The notes: generated from the sequence alone by a model not told the origin. DNA of 46,440 bases from Patescibacteria group bacterium (GCA_018816385.1 JAHIVK010000041.1:1-46440), one strand, 5' to 3'; positions 1-9,591 are shown, counted from the first letter of the stretch. Numbers and translations are program-made.

Positions 1-138
1 GCTACTTATGGCATCTTTTATGCATTTTCTTTGCTGGTTCTTCCTCAACCAGCATTGGCTACTATCGTCATCAGAATCAACGAAAATGCTATAAAATCTA
101 TCCATAATTAACTCATTTCTTATTTCGCGACAAGTCTA
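1..138 (-). repeat. Family A palindromic element (MITE/RPE-like), copy truncated by the window edge
   Basis: Exact reverse complement of 46301-46438; homologous along its length to the complete copy at 7570-7734; begins TAGACTTGTCGCGAAATAAG on the minus strand. Confidence 0.95.
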
Positions 139-139
139 G

Positions 140-214
140 TGGATTCCCCCCGCCAGGGCGGGGGGAATGACAAACAGGAATTGGATTCACCCTGCCAAGG
201 GCGGGGGGAATGAC
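140..214. repeat. Family B dRS3/REP-like hairpins (2 units)
   Basis: TGGATTCCCCCCGCCAGGGCGGGGGGAATGAC and a second degenerate unit; the same motif recurs at 2124, 7774, 38053, 43132 and 45011. Confidence 0.85.
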
Positions 215-246
215 GACTAACACGTTTTTTTTTTGCAGAAAGTCTA
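215..246 (-). repeat. Family A isolated end; its TAG is the stop codon of the MFS gene
   Basis: Minus strand TAGACTTTCTGCAAAAAAAAAAACGTGTTAGT versus TAGACTTTCTGCGAAATAAAAAACGAGTTAAT at 3118. Confidence 0.8.
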
Positions 247-1479
247 TTGATGAGGGCCATCAAAAGCATGTCTTTCGGTCATTAATGTTGACAGTAAAAC
301 TGCCAAACTGCCAACCAAAAAGACACTTGTCCAGCCTTTGCCAATCAGAAAGATAACACCCACCACACTCCACATGAGGGTGCCAGCTATAGCTGCAATT
401 ATTTCACTATAAACAAAGTAAGAAAAAGCCTGACTGCCCTTGCCCCGACGCATCATTTGCATTTCAAAAAATAACCAATGGAAATTACCAACTAAAGTGT
501 TGGTGGCATCAATAAAGGCAATCGACCAAGGACTAATAATTTGGGTTCTGAACAACCATAAAACAGACATAATTCCGCCAGAAGTTTTAAAGAGTTTGTG
601 TGAACGAATTTTGTCAATCATGCTGGCCAAGAAAAAAGTAACTAAGAAAGCCATAAATAAGGCTATTGAATACAGATAACCCACTTTATCGACTGACCCC
701 AGGATAAAGAAGACATAGAGTGGCCAAATATAAATAATTGAATCATTGATGTATCTCCCACCCAAAGCCATGGCCAACCGACTATAGCGAGGCTCTCTCA
801 TCCAACTCAAAAATTCTCGCCAACTGATTTGATCTTTCTCAATAGTTGATTCGGTCATCATCGACAAAATCAAACTGACCATAGTGCCGGCAATCCCAAA
901 CAAGAAGAGGACAGACAAACCCAACTGAACCGAGATAAAACCAGCCACTGCTGGAGATAACATAGCTACAATTTGCAACATTAACTGCAAAACACCCAAA
1001 TCAGCTCCCATTTTTGACTTGATGGCATATCGCGAAAGCAGGGTGTAGTAGGTTGGCCAAAAAAGACCTGAGTGAATGGCTTCGAGAAATATGACCAGCC
1101 AAATTAAGTCAGGATATTGACCAGTATAGTAGATGACAACTAGAGAAATAATTCGCATCAAATAACTGGCAGTCATAGTGCGTTGATAACCAAATTTGAC
1201 AAAAAATCGATTGGTGGGAATGAACGTGATTAAGTTGATGATTTTCATCACTAAATAAAATATGACAACCATCAGCATGCCTTTCTGAATATCTGTTAGA
1301 GGTAAATCAGCTAAGACGCTGTTTTTGCCCAGTTCAAATAAATAAATTGGGAAAAAGAAAAAACTCAGTTTGTTAACTAAATCTCGAAAAACCCGATTTA
1401 AGTAAAGTAGTTTTAAATTGCGATTTGAATCGACCCGAATGTTGGACAAATGCAGTAAGTGATCAAGTATTTTGGGCAT
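244..1479 (-). CDS. MFS-type transporter
   Basis: 411 aa with about 12 hydrophobic segments in two halves. Confidence 0.8.
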   Translation of the reverse strand: MPKILDHLLHLSNIRVDSNRNLKLLYLNRVFRDLVNKLSFFFFPIYLFELGKNSVLADLPLTDIQKGMLMVVIFYLVMKIINLITFIPTNRFFVKFGYQRTMTASYLMRIISLVVIYYTGQYPDLIWLVIFLEAIHSGLFWPTYYTLLSRYAIKSKMGADLGVLQLMLQIVAMLSPAVAGFISVQLGLSVLFLFGIAGTMVSLILSMMTESTIEKDQISWREFLSWMREPRYSRLAMALGGRYINDSIIYIWPLYVFFILGSVDKVGYLYSIALFMAFLVTFFLASMIDKIRSHKLFKTSGGIMSVLWLFRTQIISPWSIAFIDATNTLVGNFHWLFFEMQMMRRGKGSQAFSYFVYSEIIAAIAGTLMWSVVGVIFLIGKGWTSVFLVGSLAVLLSTLMTERHAFDGPHQ

Positions 1480-1531
1480 AATTAACTCATTTCTTATTTC
1501 GCGACAAGTCTATTATTTCGCAGAAAATCTA
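1477..1531 (-). repeat. Two head-to-tail family A ends; the inner one supplies the MFS start codon
   Basis: 1477-1512 is identical over 36 nt to the end of the terminal element (TAGACTTGTCGCGAAATAAGAAATGAGTTAATT-ATG); 1513-1531 reads TAGATTTTCTGCGAAATAA. Confidence 0.9.
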
Positions 1532-1536
1532 TTTAT

Positions 1537-2085
1537 TTATGTTGATTGAATTAAAACTGTCTTTAATTCTTTTACTACTCGCTGTTTAACTGACTCAATA
1601 ATCTCTTTTTCTGGTGGAGAAAAATTCACAAGTACATAATCACTGCCTGACTCTTGTCTTAAACCTTGGCGACCGTCAACTCCCACCCGAACATGCCAAA
1701 ACTGCTTACCCAATTGTTCATACAGCGAAGCTAAACCATTGTGTTGTTGAGGGCCGTGTCCCAGCTCAATCTTGAATTGACCCAGCTCAATGTCCAAGTC
1801 ATCATGAACCACATACCAATCGGATAAAGTTACTTGAGGGTATTTTTTCTTGAGGATTGGCACTACCAAACCCGATTGATTCATAAAAGTTTGTGGCTTA
1901 ACCATGACAATTTTTTCCTGAGCACCATCCGGCAAAACCATGTCTACTTGGGTGAAAATCAGCTTATCTTGCAAATGCCACTTGGCATCATCAGCCACCA
2001 GCTCATCAACAACTTGAAAGCCAACGTTGTGTCTGGTGAATTGGTATTTTGGACCTGGGTTACCTAAGCTAATCACAATTTTCAT
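1537..2085 (-). CDS. pth: Peptidyl-tRNA hydrolase
   Basis: LGNPG, TRHNVGF, KPQTFMN.SG, VHDDLD and HNGL motifs; ATG at 2085 (MKIVISLGNPG) preferred over 2094. Confidence 0.95.
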   Translation of the reverse strand: MKIVISLGNPGPKYQFTRHNVGFQVVDELVADDAKWHLQDKLIFTQVDMVLPDGAQEKIVMVKPQTFMNQSGLVVPILKKKYPQVTLSDWYVVHDDLDIELGQFKIELGHGPQQHNGLASLYEQLGKQFWHVRVGVDGRQGLRQESGSDYVLVNFSPPEKEIIESVKQRVVKELKTVLIQST

Positions 2086-2123
2086 ATCCCCCATTCTACC
2101 TTATGATTAACTCCAAAAGTGTC

Positions 2124-2190
2124 TGTCATTCTCGCAACGTGTTTCGTCATTCTCGCGCCACTGTTTGTCATTCTCGCGCCAGCGGAGATT
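2124..2190. repeat. Family B, three tandem GTCATTCTCGC units (~21-bp period)
   Basis: gtcattctcgcaac / gtcattctcgcgcca / gtcattctcgcgccagcggagatt. Confidence 0.8.
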
Positions 2191-2241
2191 GAAAAACAAG
2201 ATATAATATATTTGTTCTCAACTTTATAAGCGCCAAAATAT

Positions 2242-3105
2242 ATGCCAAAACTACCTTTCTTTTCAATTGTGATTCCTACCCTGAATGAGGAGAAGTACCT
2301 GCCTTACTTACTCAAAGATCTGTCTGAACAAACTTTTGACTTATCTCTAGTTGAAGTGATTCATGTGGACGGCAGTAGTCCGGACAAAACAGTCCAAGTG
2401 GCCAAAAAGTTTGCCAACAAACTTAAACTGACCAGTATAGTTGTCAAAAAAAGAAATGTGGCTTTTCAACGCAACACTGGGGCCAGTCGGGCCAAAGGCA
2501 AGTGGATCATTTTTATGGATGCAGACAATCGCCTACCTAATGATTTTTTGGATGGCATTAAGTATCAACTGGCCAAAAACCCCCAATGTTCTGTCTTTAC
2601 ATCTTTGATCAAAGTGGAAAGCCTTAACCAAGCGGATCGAACAATTGAAACTGCCATTAATCTTGGATTAATGCTCCTTAACCAATCTAAGTTAAAAAGC
2701 GCCTTAGGAGCTTTAATAGGGGCTAATCAAAAAGTTTGCAGTCAAACCAAGTTTGACACCACTCAAAAAATTTATGAGGATTCGTTTTTCGTTCAATCAG
2801 CTATTAATAAAGGCTTTGAGTTTAAAACTTTTAAAGAACCTCGCTATTTCTTTTCTCTGCGCAGATTAAAAAAAGAAGGTGTCTTGAAAATGGCCAGAAC
2901 CGTAGCCAGTTTACAACTTCGATATTTAACTGGCCAAAAAGACTTTTCTAAATCAGATGCTGGTTATGTGATGGATGGTGGCGGGTACTACCAAACCAAA
3001 TCTCACCATGATGTTTTTTACAATCTAGAAAAATATATTAAGTTGGCATCCAAACGCCAACTCCAAAAGGCCAAAAAACTCCTCGAGACTTTGTTGCTTG
3101 ATTGA
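2242..3105 (+). CDS. Glycosyltransferase family 2
   Basis: SIVIPTLNEE, VDGSSPDKT, QRNTGA and FMDAD motifs. Confidence 0.92.
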   Translation: MPKLPFFSIVIPTLNEEKYLPYLLKDLSEQTFDLSLVEVIHVDGSSPDKTVQVAKKFANKLKLTSIVVKKRNVAFQRNTGASRAKGKWIIFMDADNRLPNDFLDGIKYQLAKNPQCSVFTSLIKVESLNQADRTIETAINLGLMLLNQSKLKSALGALIGANQKVCSQTKFDTTQKIYEDSFFVQSAINKGFEFKTFKEPRYFFSLRRLKKEGVLKMARTVASLQLRYLTGQKDFSKSDAGYVMDGGGYYQTKSHHDVFYNLEKYIKLASKRQLQKAKKLLETLLLD

Positions 3106-3117
3106 GAATTGCTACAT

Positions 3118-3185
3118 TAGACTTTCTGCGAAATAAAAAACGAGTTAATTATGTTAAGATTTTACTTCATTTCGCAGAAAGTCTA
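3118..3185. repeat. Family A mini element (68 bp) between convergent genes; possible bidirectional terminator
   Basis: Perfect 17-bp inverted ends TAGACTTTCTGCGAAAT...ATTTCGCAGAAAGTCTA; the interior matches the start of the long element. Confidence 0.92.
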
Positions 3186-3186
3186 T

Positions 3187-5013
3187 TTATTGCTTAGTTT
3201 GAGATAATCCCGCTAACTCACTTTGACTGGTGGCTTGTGGCCAAGTTTTATCGGGACGAATTTTGATTAACCGAGGAAAGCGCAAGGCTACTCCCGCCTC
3301 ATGAACCGAAGACTGAGTAATTTCATCGGCGGCAATTTCCAAAACTACAACTGGCTCCAACCAAGCGTCTGGCGTTAAAGTTTTGTGAACAGGCTGATAC
3401 TGCTTAGGTTGAGTTGAGGCTTGATGTATGTCAGCCAATTTTTTAAGTTGAGTCAATTGTTCTTCTGACATACCGGTACCAATCTTGGCAATAGTTTCAA
3501 TTTGACCTTGATCGTTGATAATGCCTGTCAAGATAGCCCCCAAACCAAACTGGGCTCTTTTTCCCCGACCCTTGTAGTAACCCATCATGACTAAGTCCAA
3601 AGTATCGGTTAATTTACCAGTCGTACCTTCGGCTTCTTTAATTTTGACCCACCGCCAACCCTTGCGACCACCAGCATATTGACTCTTTGGCTGTTTGATA
3701 ACTACTCCTTCTAAACCATCTGTTAACATTTGCTGATGATAGTTTTTCAACTTTTTGGCATCATCAAAAGTTTCAAATTTAACTTCGGTTAAAATGCCAG
3801 ATTCATCAGATTTAAGCAGATTGGATAAAATCTGTTTACGTTCCTCTAAAGACCGATCAATCAATGGCTGACCATCAAGTTCCATAATGTCAAACACAAA
3901 AAATTGCAGAGGTACGGCTTTGGCTGTGACCTCAATTTGATGTTTTCTTTTGCGAGTAATGGTTTCTTGAAAAGACTTGAAGTGGCCAGTGGCAGGATCA
4001 AATCCAATGGCTTCCCCGTCCAAAATACATGACTTGCAATCCAATTTTTCTACTAAAGTAAAGAGTTCTGGAAACATAGGGGAAATATTCTCTAAACTCC
4101 GGGTAAAAACCATAACTGGTTTCTGCTTATTTTCTGTGGACTTTAAAATGTGGATCTGGACTCTCATACCATCGTACTTGGGTTCGGCGATGACTTGGCC
4201 CATTTTGTCAATAATTTCTGTGGCTGTATTTAACCTTTGACACAAAGCTGGCACGACTGGTACTCCGACTTGAACAGAATACGATTTCAAGTTCGATCTT
4301 CTTTGGGCCACAGATAAAGAAGTCAACTTGAGATAGGACTCTGCCAGTTGACCTACATCTGCCCGCTTTTGATAAGCTTCCTCCAACAAGGGGGTTTCCA
4401 ATTTACTGCCACACACCGCCCAAGACAGAGCATCCAACATAGTCATGGTGGAAAAACCTAGTCTCATCTTACCCAAAATAATCCGAACAATAAATTTGGC
4501 CGAAATGGCGTCTAGTTGTTTAAGTAGCTCAACCAAACCGATGACTTTTTTTTCTTGAGAACCCGAGCCTGAAGCCTGGGCAATCTGGGTCAAACTGCCA
4601 AACACATCATGCAAAGACAGTGGTTTTGAGTGGGTAGCCCGGTGACTTAAGCCATAATTCTCAAACACCTTGACTGCAGTTTGACCCAGGTCACCGACTT
4701 GTTTATAAAGCTTGGTAATTTTGTCTCGACTGCTTGAGTCGTCTTCTTCTCCAAATAAATTAGTTTGAACTTGATCCTGATCAGCTTGAGTTGAAACTAA
4801 GCGAGTCAAAGCTCGGATGATCATTTTTTCTGATAACTGAAACTCTAAAGATAAGTATTGAGGCACTAATCGACCTTGAAGCAAGTAGCAAGCGGGTACA
4901 ATTTCTGCCTGATCTAAGTCAAGAAAAAATTTTGCTAGAACGGCCGTCATGTCCAGACGGGAACTGAGGCTTTCCAGCTGTTCTAAGTGTTGGGCAAAGT
5001 GACTAAACTGCAT
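3187..5013 (-). CDS. lig: ATP-dependent DNA ligase (N-terminal DNA-binding, adenylation and OB domains)
   Basis: Motif I EPKYDGMR, ILDGEA, FVFDI, EGVVIK, WVKIK, ALRFPR. Confidence 0.95.
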   Translation of the reverse strand: MQFSHFAQHLEQLESLSSRLDMTAVLAKFFLDLDQAEIVPACYLLQGRLVPQYLSLEFQLSEKMIIRALTRLVSTQADQDQVQTNLFGEEDDSSSRDKITKLYKQVGDLGQTAVKVFENYGLSHRATHSKPLSLHDVFGSLTQIAQASGSGSQEKKVIGLVELLKQLDAISAKFIVRIILGKMRLGFSTMTMLDALSWAVCGSKLETPLLEEAYQKRADVGQLAESYLKLTSLSVAQRRSNLKSYSVQVGVPVVPALCQRLNTATEIIDKMGQVIAEPKYDGMRVQIHILKSTENKQKPVMVFTRSLENISPMFPELFTLVEKLDCKSCILDGEAIGFDPATGHFKSFQETITRKRKHQIEVTAKAVPLQFFVFDIMELDGQPLIDRSLEERKQILSNLLKSDESGILTEVKFETFDDAKKLKNYHQQMLTDGLEGVVIKQPKSQYAGGRKGWRWVKIKEAEGTTGKLTDTLDLVMMGYYKGRGKRAQFGLGAILTGIINDQGQIETIAKIGTGMSEEQLTQLKKLADIHQASTQPKQYQPVHKTLTPDAWLEPVVVLEIAADEITQSSVHEAGVALRFPRLIKIRPDKTWPQATSQSELAGLSQTKQ

Positions 5014-5038
5014 AGTGTTATCAGGTATTGTAACTTAT

Positions 5039-5066
5039 TAGACTGCTGGCGAAATATGAGAAACGG
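5039..5066 (+). repeat. Family A isolated end
   Basis: TAGACTGCTGGCGAAATATGAGAAACGG. Confidence 0.7.
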
Positions 5067-5111
5067 TCACTGACAACATCTTTTAAGCAAAGTAGGTAAG
5101 CAAAGTACAAC

Positions 5112-5140
5112 TTGACAAATTGTTATTTGTGTTTTATCCT
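5112..5140 (+). promoter_or_regulatory. Sigma70-type promoter of the abiE-type operon
   Basis: TTGACA-17 bp-TATCCT, ending 8 nt before ATG 5149. Confidence 0.7.
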
Positions 5141-5148
5141 GTACTTAA

Positions 5149-5703
5149 ATGTCTAGGATAAGAAAAACAAATCAGCAAAAAATCCTTTTAGAACAAGACG
5201 TGAGAATTTTTCGCACCTCTGATCTAGCAGTCTTGTGGGAAACCGAAAATAAAAACACTCTTTGGACCACCATCCGAAGATATATTCAAAGAAGGATTCT
5301 TTATAAAATACACAAAGGATTATATTCCACAATGCCTCTTGAAAAGCTCAATAAGTTCGAGCTTGGTTGTGCTATTTCTGGCCAACTTTCATATGTGAGT
5401 GCCGAAACAGTTTTGCAAAATTCTGGGATCATTATGCAAAATCTAACTCAAATAACCATTTTTGGAAAAAAGAAAAAGCAGTTTGAGATTAATGGCATCT
5501 CATATTTGTGTAGACATTTAAACAATAAATACCTGCTTAATAGAGAAGGTATCGAGGACGGTCAACAATTTTCTATGGCTATTCCAGAGAGAGCCATGGC
5601 AGACATGCTCTATATTAATTCACAATATTTTTTTGATAATGAGTTATCTATTAATAAAAATAAGTTAACAAGTATTACTAAAGAGGTGGGATACCAATGC
5701 TAA
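5149..5703 (+). CDS. AbiEi-like type IV TA antitoxin / transcriptional regulator
   Basis: N-terminal wHTH-like region (KIHKGLY), SYVSAETVL, ERAMADMLY; overlaps the downstream AbiEii-type gene. Confidence 0.8.
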   Translation: MSRIRKTNQQKILLEQDVRIFRTSDLAVLWETENKNTLWTTIRRYIQRRILYKIHKGLYSTMPLEKLNKFELGCAISGQLSYVSAETVLQNSGIIMQNLTQITIFGKKKKQFEINGISYLCRHLNNKYLLNREGIEDGQQFSMAIPERAMADMLYINSQYFFDNELSINKNKLTSITKEVGYQC

Positions 5704-6416
5704 TACCTCAACTGATAGATATCAAACATAAAAACCAAATGTTTCGCCTCTTGCGAGAGATACTCAGAAATACTTTTCTGGCCAATCATTTGTTCTTCAA
5801 GGGTGGGACTTATGCTGCTCTGAGGGGAGTTTTGGATAGGTTTTCAATCGATCTTGATTTTGACCTACCAAACGTTGAATACAAAAACAAGGTGCGGGCT
5901 GAGTGTTACAAAATCTTCCAAAAACTTAACTTGGAAATAAAAGATGAGAGTAAAAATTACTTGCAGTTTTTTCTAAAATATGAATCAAAACCAAATGAAA
6001 GAAACACACTTAAGCTAGAGATTAACGACGAGGTGAATAAGGCGAATACATACGAAAAAGTGCATTTACTTGAGATCAATATGTTTTGTAATGCTCAAAC
6101 ATTAGGCACCATGTTTGCCAATAAATTGATTGCTGCCAAAGCTAGATTTGAAAAAAATGGCAAAATCGCCGGCAGAGATTTCTATGATATTCACCACTTC
6201 TTGCTAGAAAACATGCCTATTAATGAACAAGTAATTCAAGAAAAAACTGGTTTAAGCTTAAATCAATACATGAAAATGTTAAGCTTATTTATCAAAGAAA
6301 ACCTGACCCAAACTGCTTTAAATGAAGATCTTAATCCGTTAATGAAATCACCACAGCTCAGACATGTAGCCCAAAACCTAAAATTGGAACTGCTGGAGTT
6401 TTTGAAAGAATATTAA
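5697..6416 (+). CDS. AbiEii/AbiGii-family nucleotidyltransferase toxin
   Basis: FKGGT..A....RFSIDLDF signature; ANKL.A and GRDFYD motifs. Confidence 0.88.
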   Translation: MLIPQLIDIKHKNQMFRLLREILRNTFLANHLFFKGGTYAALRGVLDRFSIDLDFDLPNVEYKNKVRAECYKIFQKLNLEIKDESKNYLQFFLKYESKPNERNTLKLEINDEVNKANTYEKVHLLEINMFCNAQTLGTMFANKLIAAKARFEKNGKIAGRDFYDIHHFLLENMPINEQVIQEKTGLSLNQYMKMLSLFIKENLTQTALNEDLNPLMKSPQLRHVAQNLKLELLEFLKEY

Positions 6417-6461
6417 TCCTCATGTAATAAACCCAGTTGATTTCCTGTAAAATAAGAAAGA

Positions 6462-7553
6462 CTACTCCACTAATCGATAACGCACACCCTTGGTGATACC
6501 GCGTTTTTCAATCACACCTTTGGCAATTAAGTCCTTAATATCCCTCAAAACTGTATCAACCGAAATATTTGGTAGCACGTTTTGAGCATCATCACTGGTT
6601 ACCTCATCTTGTTGTTGAAATAGCTCCAACAACACAATCTGCCGTTCAGAAAGAGCAATCTGCTTGCCCAACTGTTTTTTTAACTTTAAATCTTTAGAAA
6701 GTTTGCCAACCTGCCTCTGGATTTTATCAATTTCCAAAGCCACTCCATAACAAAAATACTCCAGCCAGAAGGTTAAATCAGCTTTGGGTGATTGTTGGAC
6801 AGATAGCAAGGAGTTGTAGTAGACCTCTACATCGCTATCAAAGTACTGTTCAAGCGAGAAGAAACGTTTAAAGTTATAGCCCAAAGAGTAAAGTAGCAAC
6901 GTAGCCATGCCCCTGGCAGTTCGGCCATTACCCTCGATAAATGGGTGAATATATGCCAACTGATAATGGATAATGCCAGCCCTAAAGATGGGATGGACCA
7001 ATTTGGCTTTTTGGGAATTACCCCAAGTAAATAGGTCTTCAATTAAGTAAGGCACTTCAACCGAAACTGGGGGTCTAAAGACCACTCCACCTTTTGCAGC
7101 ACTTTCTACAATCACCTGCTTATCCCGATATTGACCGGTCAGGCTATCATCAATCAAACCCTTAACCGTCAGTCGATGCAAAGTTTTGAGGGTACTTTCC
7201 GTAAAAACTTGAGCTGTTTTGATTTCCTGTTGAGCATCTATCCAAGCAATCACGTTTCGATAATTAATTACCTCCTGAATGTCTCGTTCCCTGGCCATAA
7301 TGCCAGTTTGCTTCATGACTTCTCTGGTATCAACCACGTTTTGCAGACGAACCACTTGCTGAGCCTGCTCTTGACTAAGTTCATTACCTTCAATCTTGGT
7401 ACCGAAATGAATGGCATTGGATAGAGCATCTTCTCTAAACTTGGCCTCGTAGGCTGGCACCAGAGGAGAAAGATCAATCACGGCTCTGGCCGCTTCAATA
7501 CTAGCAATGTAGGTTAATAGATTGTTGGAGATAGTAAAATTGGGTTGATACAT
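6462..7553 (-). CDS. Fic-domain protein with C-terminal wHTH
   Basis: HPFIEGNGRTAR Fic motif; N-terminal TKIEGN inhibitory-type motif; DeoR-like HTH (DTVLRDIKDL). Confidence 0.93.
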   Translation of the reverse strand: MYQPNFTISNNLLTYIASIEAARAVIDLSPLVPAYEAKFREDALSNAIHFGTKIEGNELSQEQAQQVVRLQNVVDTREVMKQTGIMARERDIQEVINYRNVIAWIDAQQEIKTAQVFTESTLKTLHRLTVKGLIDDSLTGQYRDKQVIVESAAKGGVVFRPPVSVEVPYLIEDLFTWGNSQKAKLVHPIFRAGIIHYQLAYIHPFIEGNGRTARGMATLLLYSLGYNFKRFFSLEQYFDSDVEVYYNSLLSVQQSPKADLTFWLEYFCYGVALEIDKIQRQVGKLSKDLKLKKQLGKQIALSERQIVLLELFQQQDEVTSDDAQNVLPNISVDTVLRDIKDLIAKGVIEKRGITKGVRYRLVE

Positions 7554-7569
7554 ATCAGACTGGATTAAT

Positions 7570-7734
7570 TAGACTTATAGCGAAATAACTAAATAAATAC
7601 TTAATGCATCTTTTGACCATTTTCCCCTTTCTATCTTCCTCAGCCAGCTCTGGCTACTATCGTCATCTAAAAATGGTGAAAATGTATTAAAATCTATCAT
7701 TAATTTCTTTATTTCTTATTTCACTATAAGTCTA
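7570..7734. mobile_element. Complete family A palindromic element (165 bp), non-autonomous
   Basis: Ends TAGACTTATAGCGAAATAA / TTATTTCACTATAAGTCTA (18/19 inverted match); core GATGACGATAGTAGCC..GCTGGCTGAGGAAGA shared with the terminal copies. Confidence 0.88.
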
Positions 7735-7773
7735 TTTTACCCCAATTACTGCAAGAAATGCAGGGAAAAGGGA

Positions 7774-7953
7774 ATGGATCCTCCTCTCTACGAGAGGAGG
7801 ATGACGGTCGTGGGCACTTGTCATCCTCGCGCCAGCAAGGGCAACCGTTCCCGTCATCCTCGCGCCAGCGGGGATCCAGAATCACGACTATGGTCACTGG
7901 ATTCCCCCCCGCCTGGGCGGGGGAGAATGACGGTCAAGGGAGGGGAATGACGG
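7774..7953. repeat. Family B cluster (about 5 units, both orientations)
   Basis: e.g. CGTCATCCTCGCGCCAGCGGGGATCCAG and CTGGATTCCCCCCCGCCTGGGCGGGGGAGAATGAC. Confidence 0.88.
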
Positions 7954-7963
7954 TTGGGGTTTA

Positions 7964-8782
7964 TCAGCCAGCCAGTAACGACCACAATGTTTTGGGGATC
8001 TGCTCTACCAAGTCACTGGCGTTAAAGTATGGGCCTTGTTTTTGCCAAAGGGCCTCACCGGCTCGTTTGTTAACCAAGCTGGCCACCACAGCCGAAGACA
8101 ATGCTTCATTTTGACAGTAAAAACCGGCTACCAATCCCGCCAAAACATCTCCAGTCCCACCTTTAGTTAAACCTGGATTACCACCCATCACCTCAATTTG
8201 TTCTCTTAAACAGTAAACTACATCTGTCTGACCTTTACTCAAAATGGTGGCGCCAGTTTGGATCAGTCTCTCCAAGTTTGATCCGGCTCCACCATCAGCC
8301 AGCTTTGCCAACAACAAATCTAGTTCTTTTTGGTGGGGAGTGATAACGTGGCGGGAGTTTAACAGCTTGGGATCGATCATCTGCAAGGCACCGCCATCAA
8401 TCACCCACTTTTGTCCACTAAAGCGATTAATTAAGTCGTTCACTATCTCGCTGGTCACCTCCGATCGCTCCATGCCAGGGCCAATTAACACCGCATCATC
8501 TTCCTGGATATATGATTCGACTGCCGACCACTCAACCACAATCCCATTCCAAAAGCCTTGTTTAAGTTTAAAGCGAAATAGATCATTGTTTTCATTAGCC
8601 GGACTGGTTAAGTGGACCATGTCCACAATCCTGCTGGCTACATCCGCCGACCAAAAAATACTGGAGTGAAAAAGTCGGGAACCACCAATTACCAGTAACT
8701 TGCCGTTCTGGCCTTTGTGGGAATCCCCGTCTGGCAGACGAATTTTTTTTAGTTTTTTTTGAATTTGCGAAGATAATTTCAT
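7964..8782 (-). CDS. nnrD: ADP-dependent NAD(P)H-hydrate dehydratase
   Basis: SHKGQNGKLLVIGGS, IGPGM, VIDGGAL, ITPH..E and GGTGDVLAG motifs; start at 8782 or 8794. Confidence 0.9.
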   Translation of the reverse strand: MKLSSQIQKKLKKIRLPDGDSHKGQNGKLLVIGGSRLFHSSIFWSADVASRIVDMVHLTSPANENNDLFRFKLKQGFWNGIVVEWSAVESYIQEDDAVLIGPGMERSEVTSEIVNDLINRFSGQKWVIDGGALQMIDPKLLNSRHVITPHQKELDLLLAKLADGGAGSNLERLIQTGATILSKGQTDVVYCLREQIEVMGGNPGLTKGGTGDVLAGLVAGFYCQNEALSSAVVASLVNKRAGEALWQKQGPYFNASDLVEQIPKTLWSLLAG

Positions 8783-8912
8783 ATTGGCAAACATTATCTC
8801 ACGTATCTGGCTAGTTTTTTATCAAAAGTAAACAGCTCAAAACCGCTTAATTTATGAGGCTCTATCACTTCTCTCTGCCAGACTGGATAAAGAAAAAGTC
8901 TGGTAATTGACC

Positions 8913-9308
8913 CTAAAGATTTATGAGGGCTTTCTGAAGCTTGCGGTCAAAGCTCAAGAGTTTTTCTGCTCTGCCCATCTTCATTTGAGCCAACAGGTAG
9001 GCGTCAATCAAAGACAGTGTCTGCTGGGCGAAGATGCTTAAAGTCAAGTTCATTAACTGATAATCGAGTACAAAGACTTTGTCGGCCACGATTGAGCTCA
9101 ATAATCTGCTCACTCTAACTTTGGGTACTTGATACACACTTAGCAAAACATAGCCAATTTCCAGGAGAACGGCATCCGGCAAGACCAAGCTCTTGGGTAG
9201 GGCTTGGTTAAACCAAGTCTTGGCTTGACTGGCTTGAGTAGGATGATCCTCCAACAAGAAACGTAAAATAACGTTGGTGTTAACGAGAGCGATCTTCTTT
9301 TTGGGCAT
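8913..9308 (-). CDS. VapC-like PIN-domain toxin (first catalytic Asp replaced by Asn)
   Basis: LVNTNVILRFL, VLLEI, LIDAYL and SFDRKL PIN pattern; overlaps the upstream AbrB-type gene. Confidence 0.85.
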   Translation of the reverse strand: MPKKKIALVNTNVILRFLLEDHPTQASQAKTWFNQALPKSLVLPDAVLLEIGYVLLSVYQVPKVRVSRLLSSIVADKVFVLDYQLMNLTLSIFAQQTLSLIDAYLLAQMKMGRAEKLLSFDRKLQKALINL

Positions 9309-9552
9309 ATTCTTGAATTTTGTAAACGCTTATACGCCGATCTATTTCTTTGTCGGTTAAAACCTTGCCTTTGACATAAGATTTTAGACAACCTGCCAAT
9401 GAAAGAAAGCTTTGGTTTTTTTTGACACTGACCAATGGTTGGGCAGAGAGGTCAAAAGTAATACTTTCCCCCGCTTCAACTCCCAAGGCTTGGCGCACTA
9501 TCTTGGGAATAATGATCTGGTTCTGACTACTCAAGGTGGCTGTGTACTGCAT
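9280..9552 (-). CDS. AbrB/MazE/SpoVT-family antitoxin
   Basis: ATLSSQNQIIIPKIVRQALGVEAGE swapped-hairpin signature. Confidence 0.88.
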   Translation of the reverse strand: MQYTATLSSQNQIIIPKIVRQALGVEAGESITFDLSAQPLVSVKKNQSFLSLAGCLKSYVKGKVLTDKEIDRRISVYKIQEYAQKEDRSR

Positions 9553-9563
9553 AACTACTTAAC

Positions 9564-9591
9564 ATTGTACCTCAACATTTAGATTTGTCAA
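9564..9591 (-). promoter_or_regulatory. Sigma70-type promoter of the vapBC-like operon
   Basis: Minus strand TTGACA-16 bp-TACAAT, 11 nt before the ATG. Confidence 0.7.

Noticed and set aside
1..138. Terminal inverted repeats as the ends of a linear replicon or giant transposon
   Set aside because: The repeat is a truncated member of a dispersed ~165-bp family with its terminus facing inward; the content is core chromosome (dnaA, dnaN, pth, recF)
2124..2190. Tandem 21-bp-period repeats as a CRISPR array
   Set aside because: Only three units with very short spacers; they belong to the dispersed family B; no cas genes
7758..8114. 118-aa ORF
   Set aside because: Translates family B repeats and the antisense of nnrD
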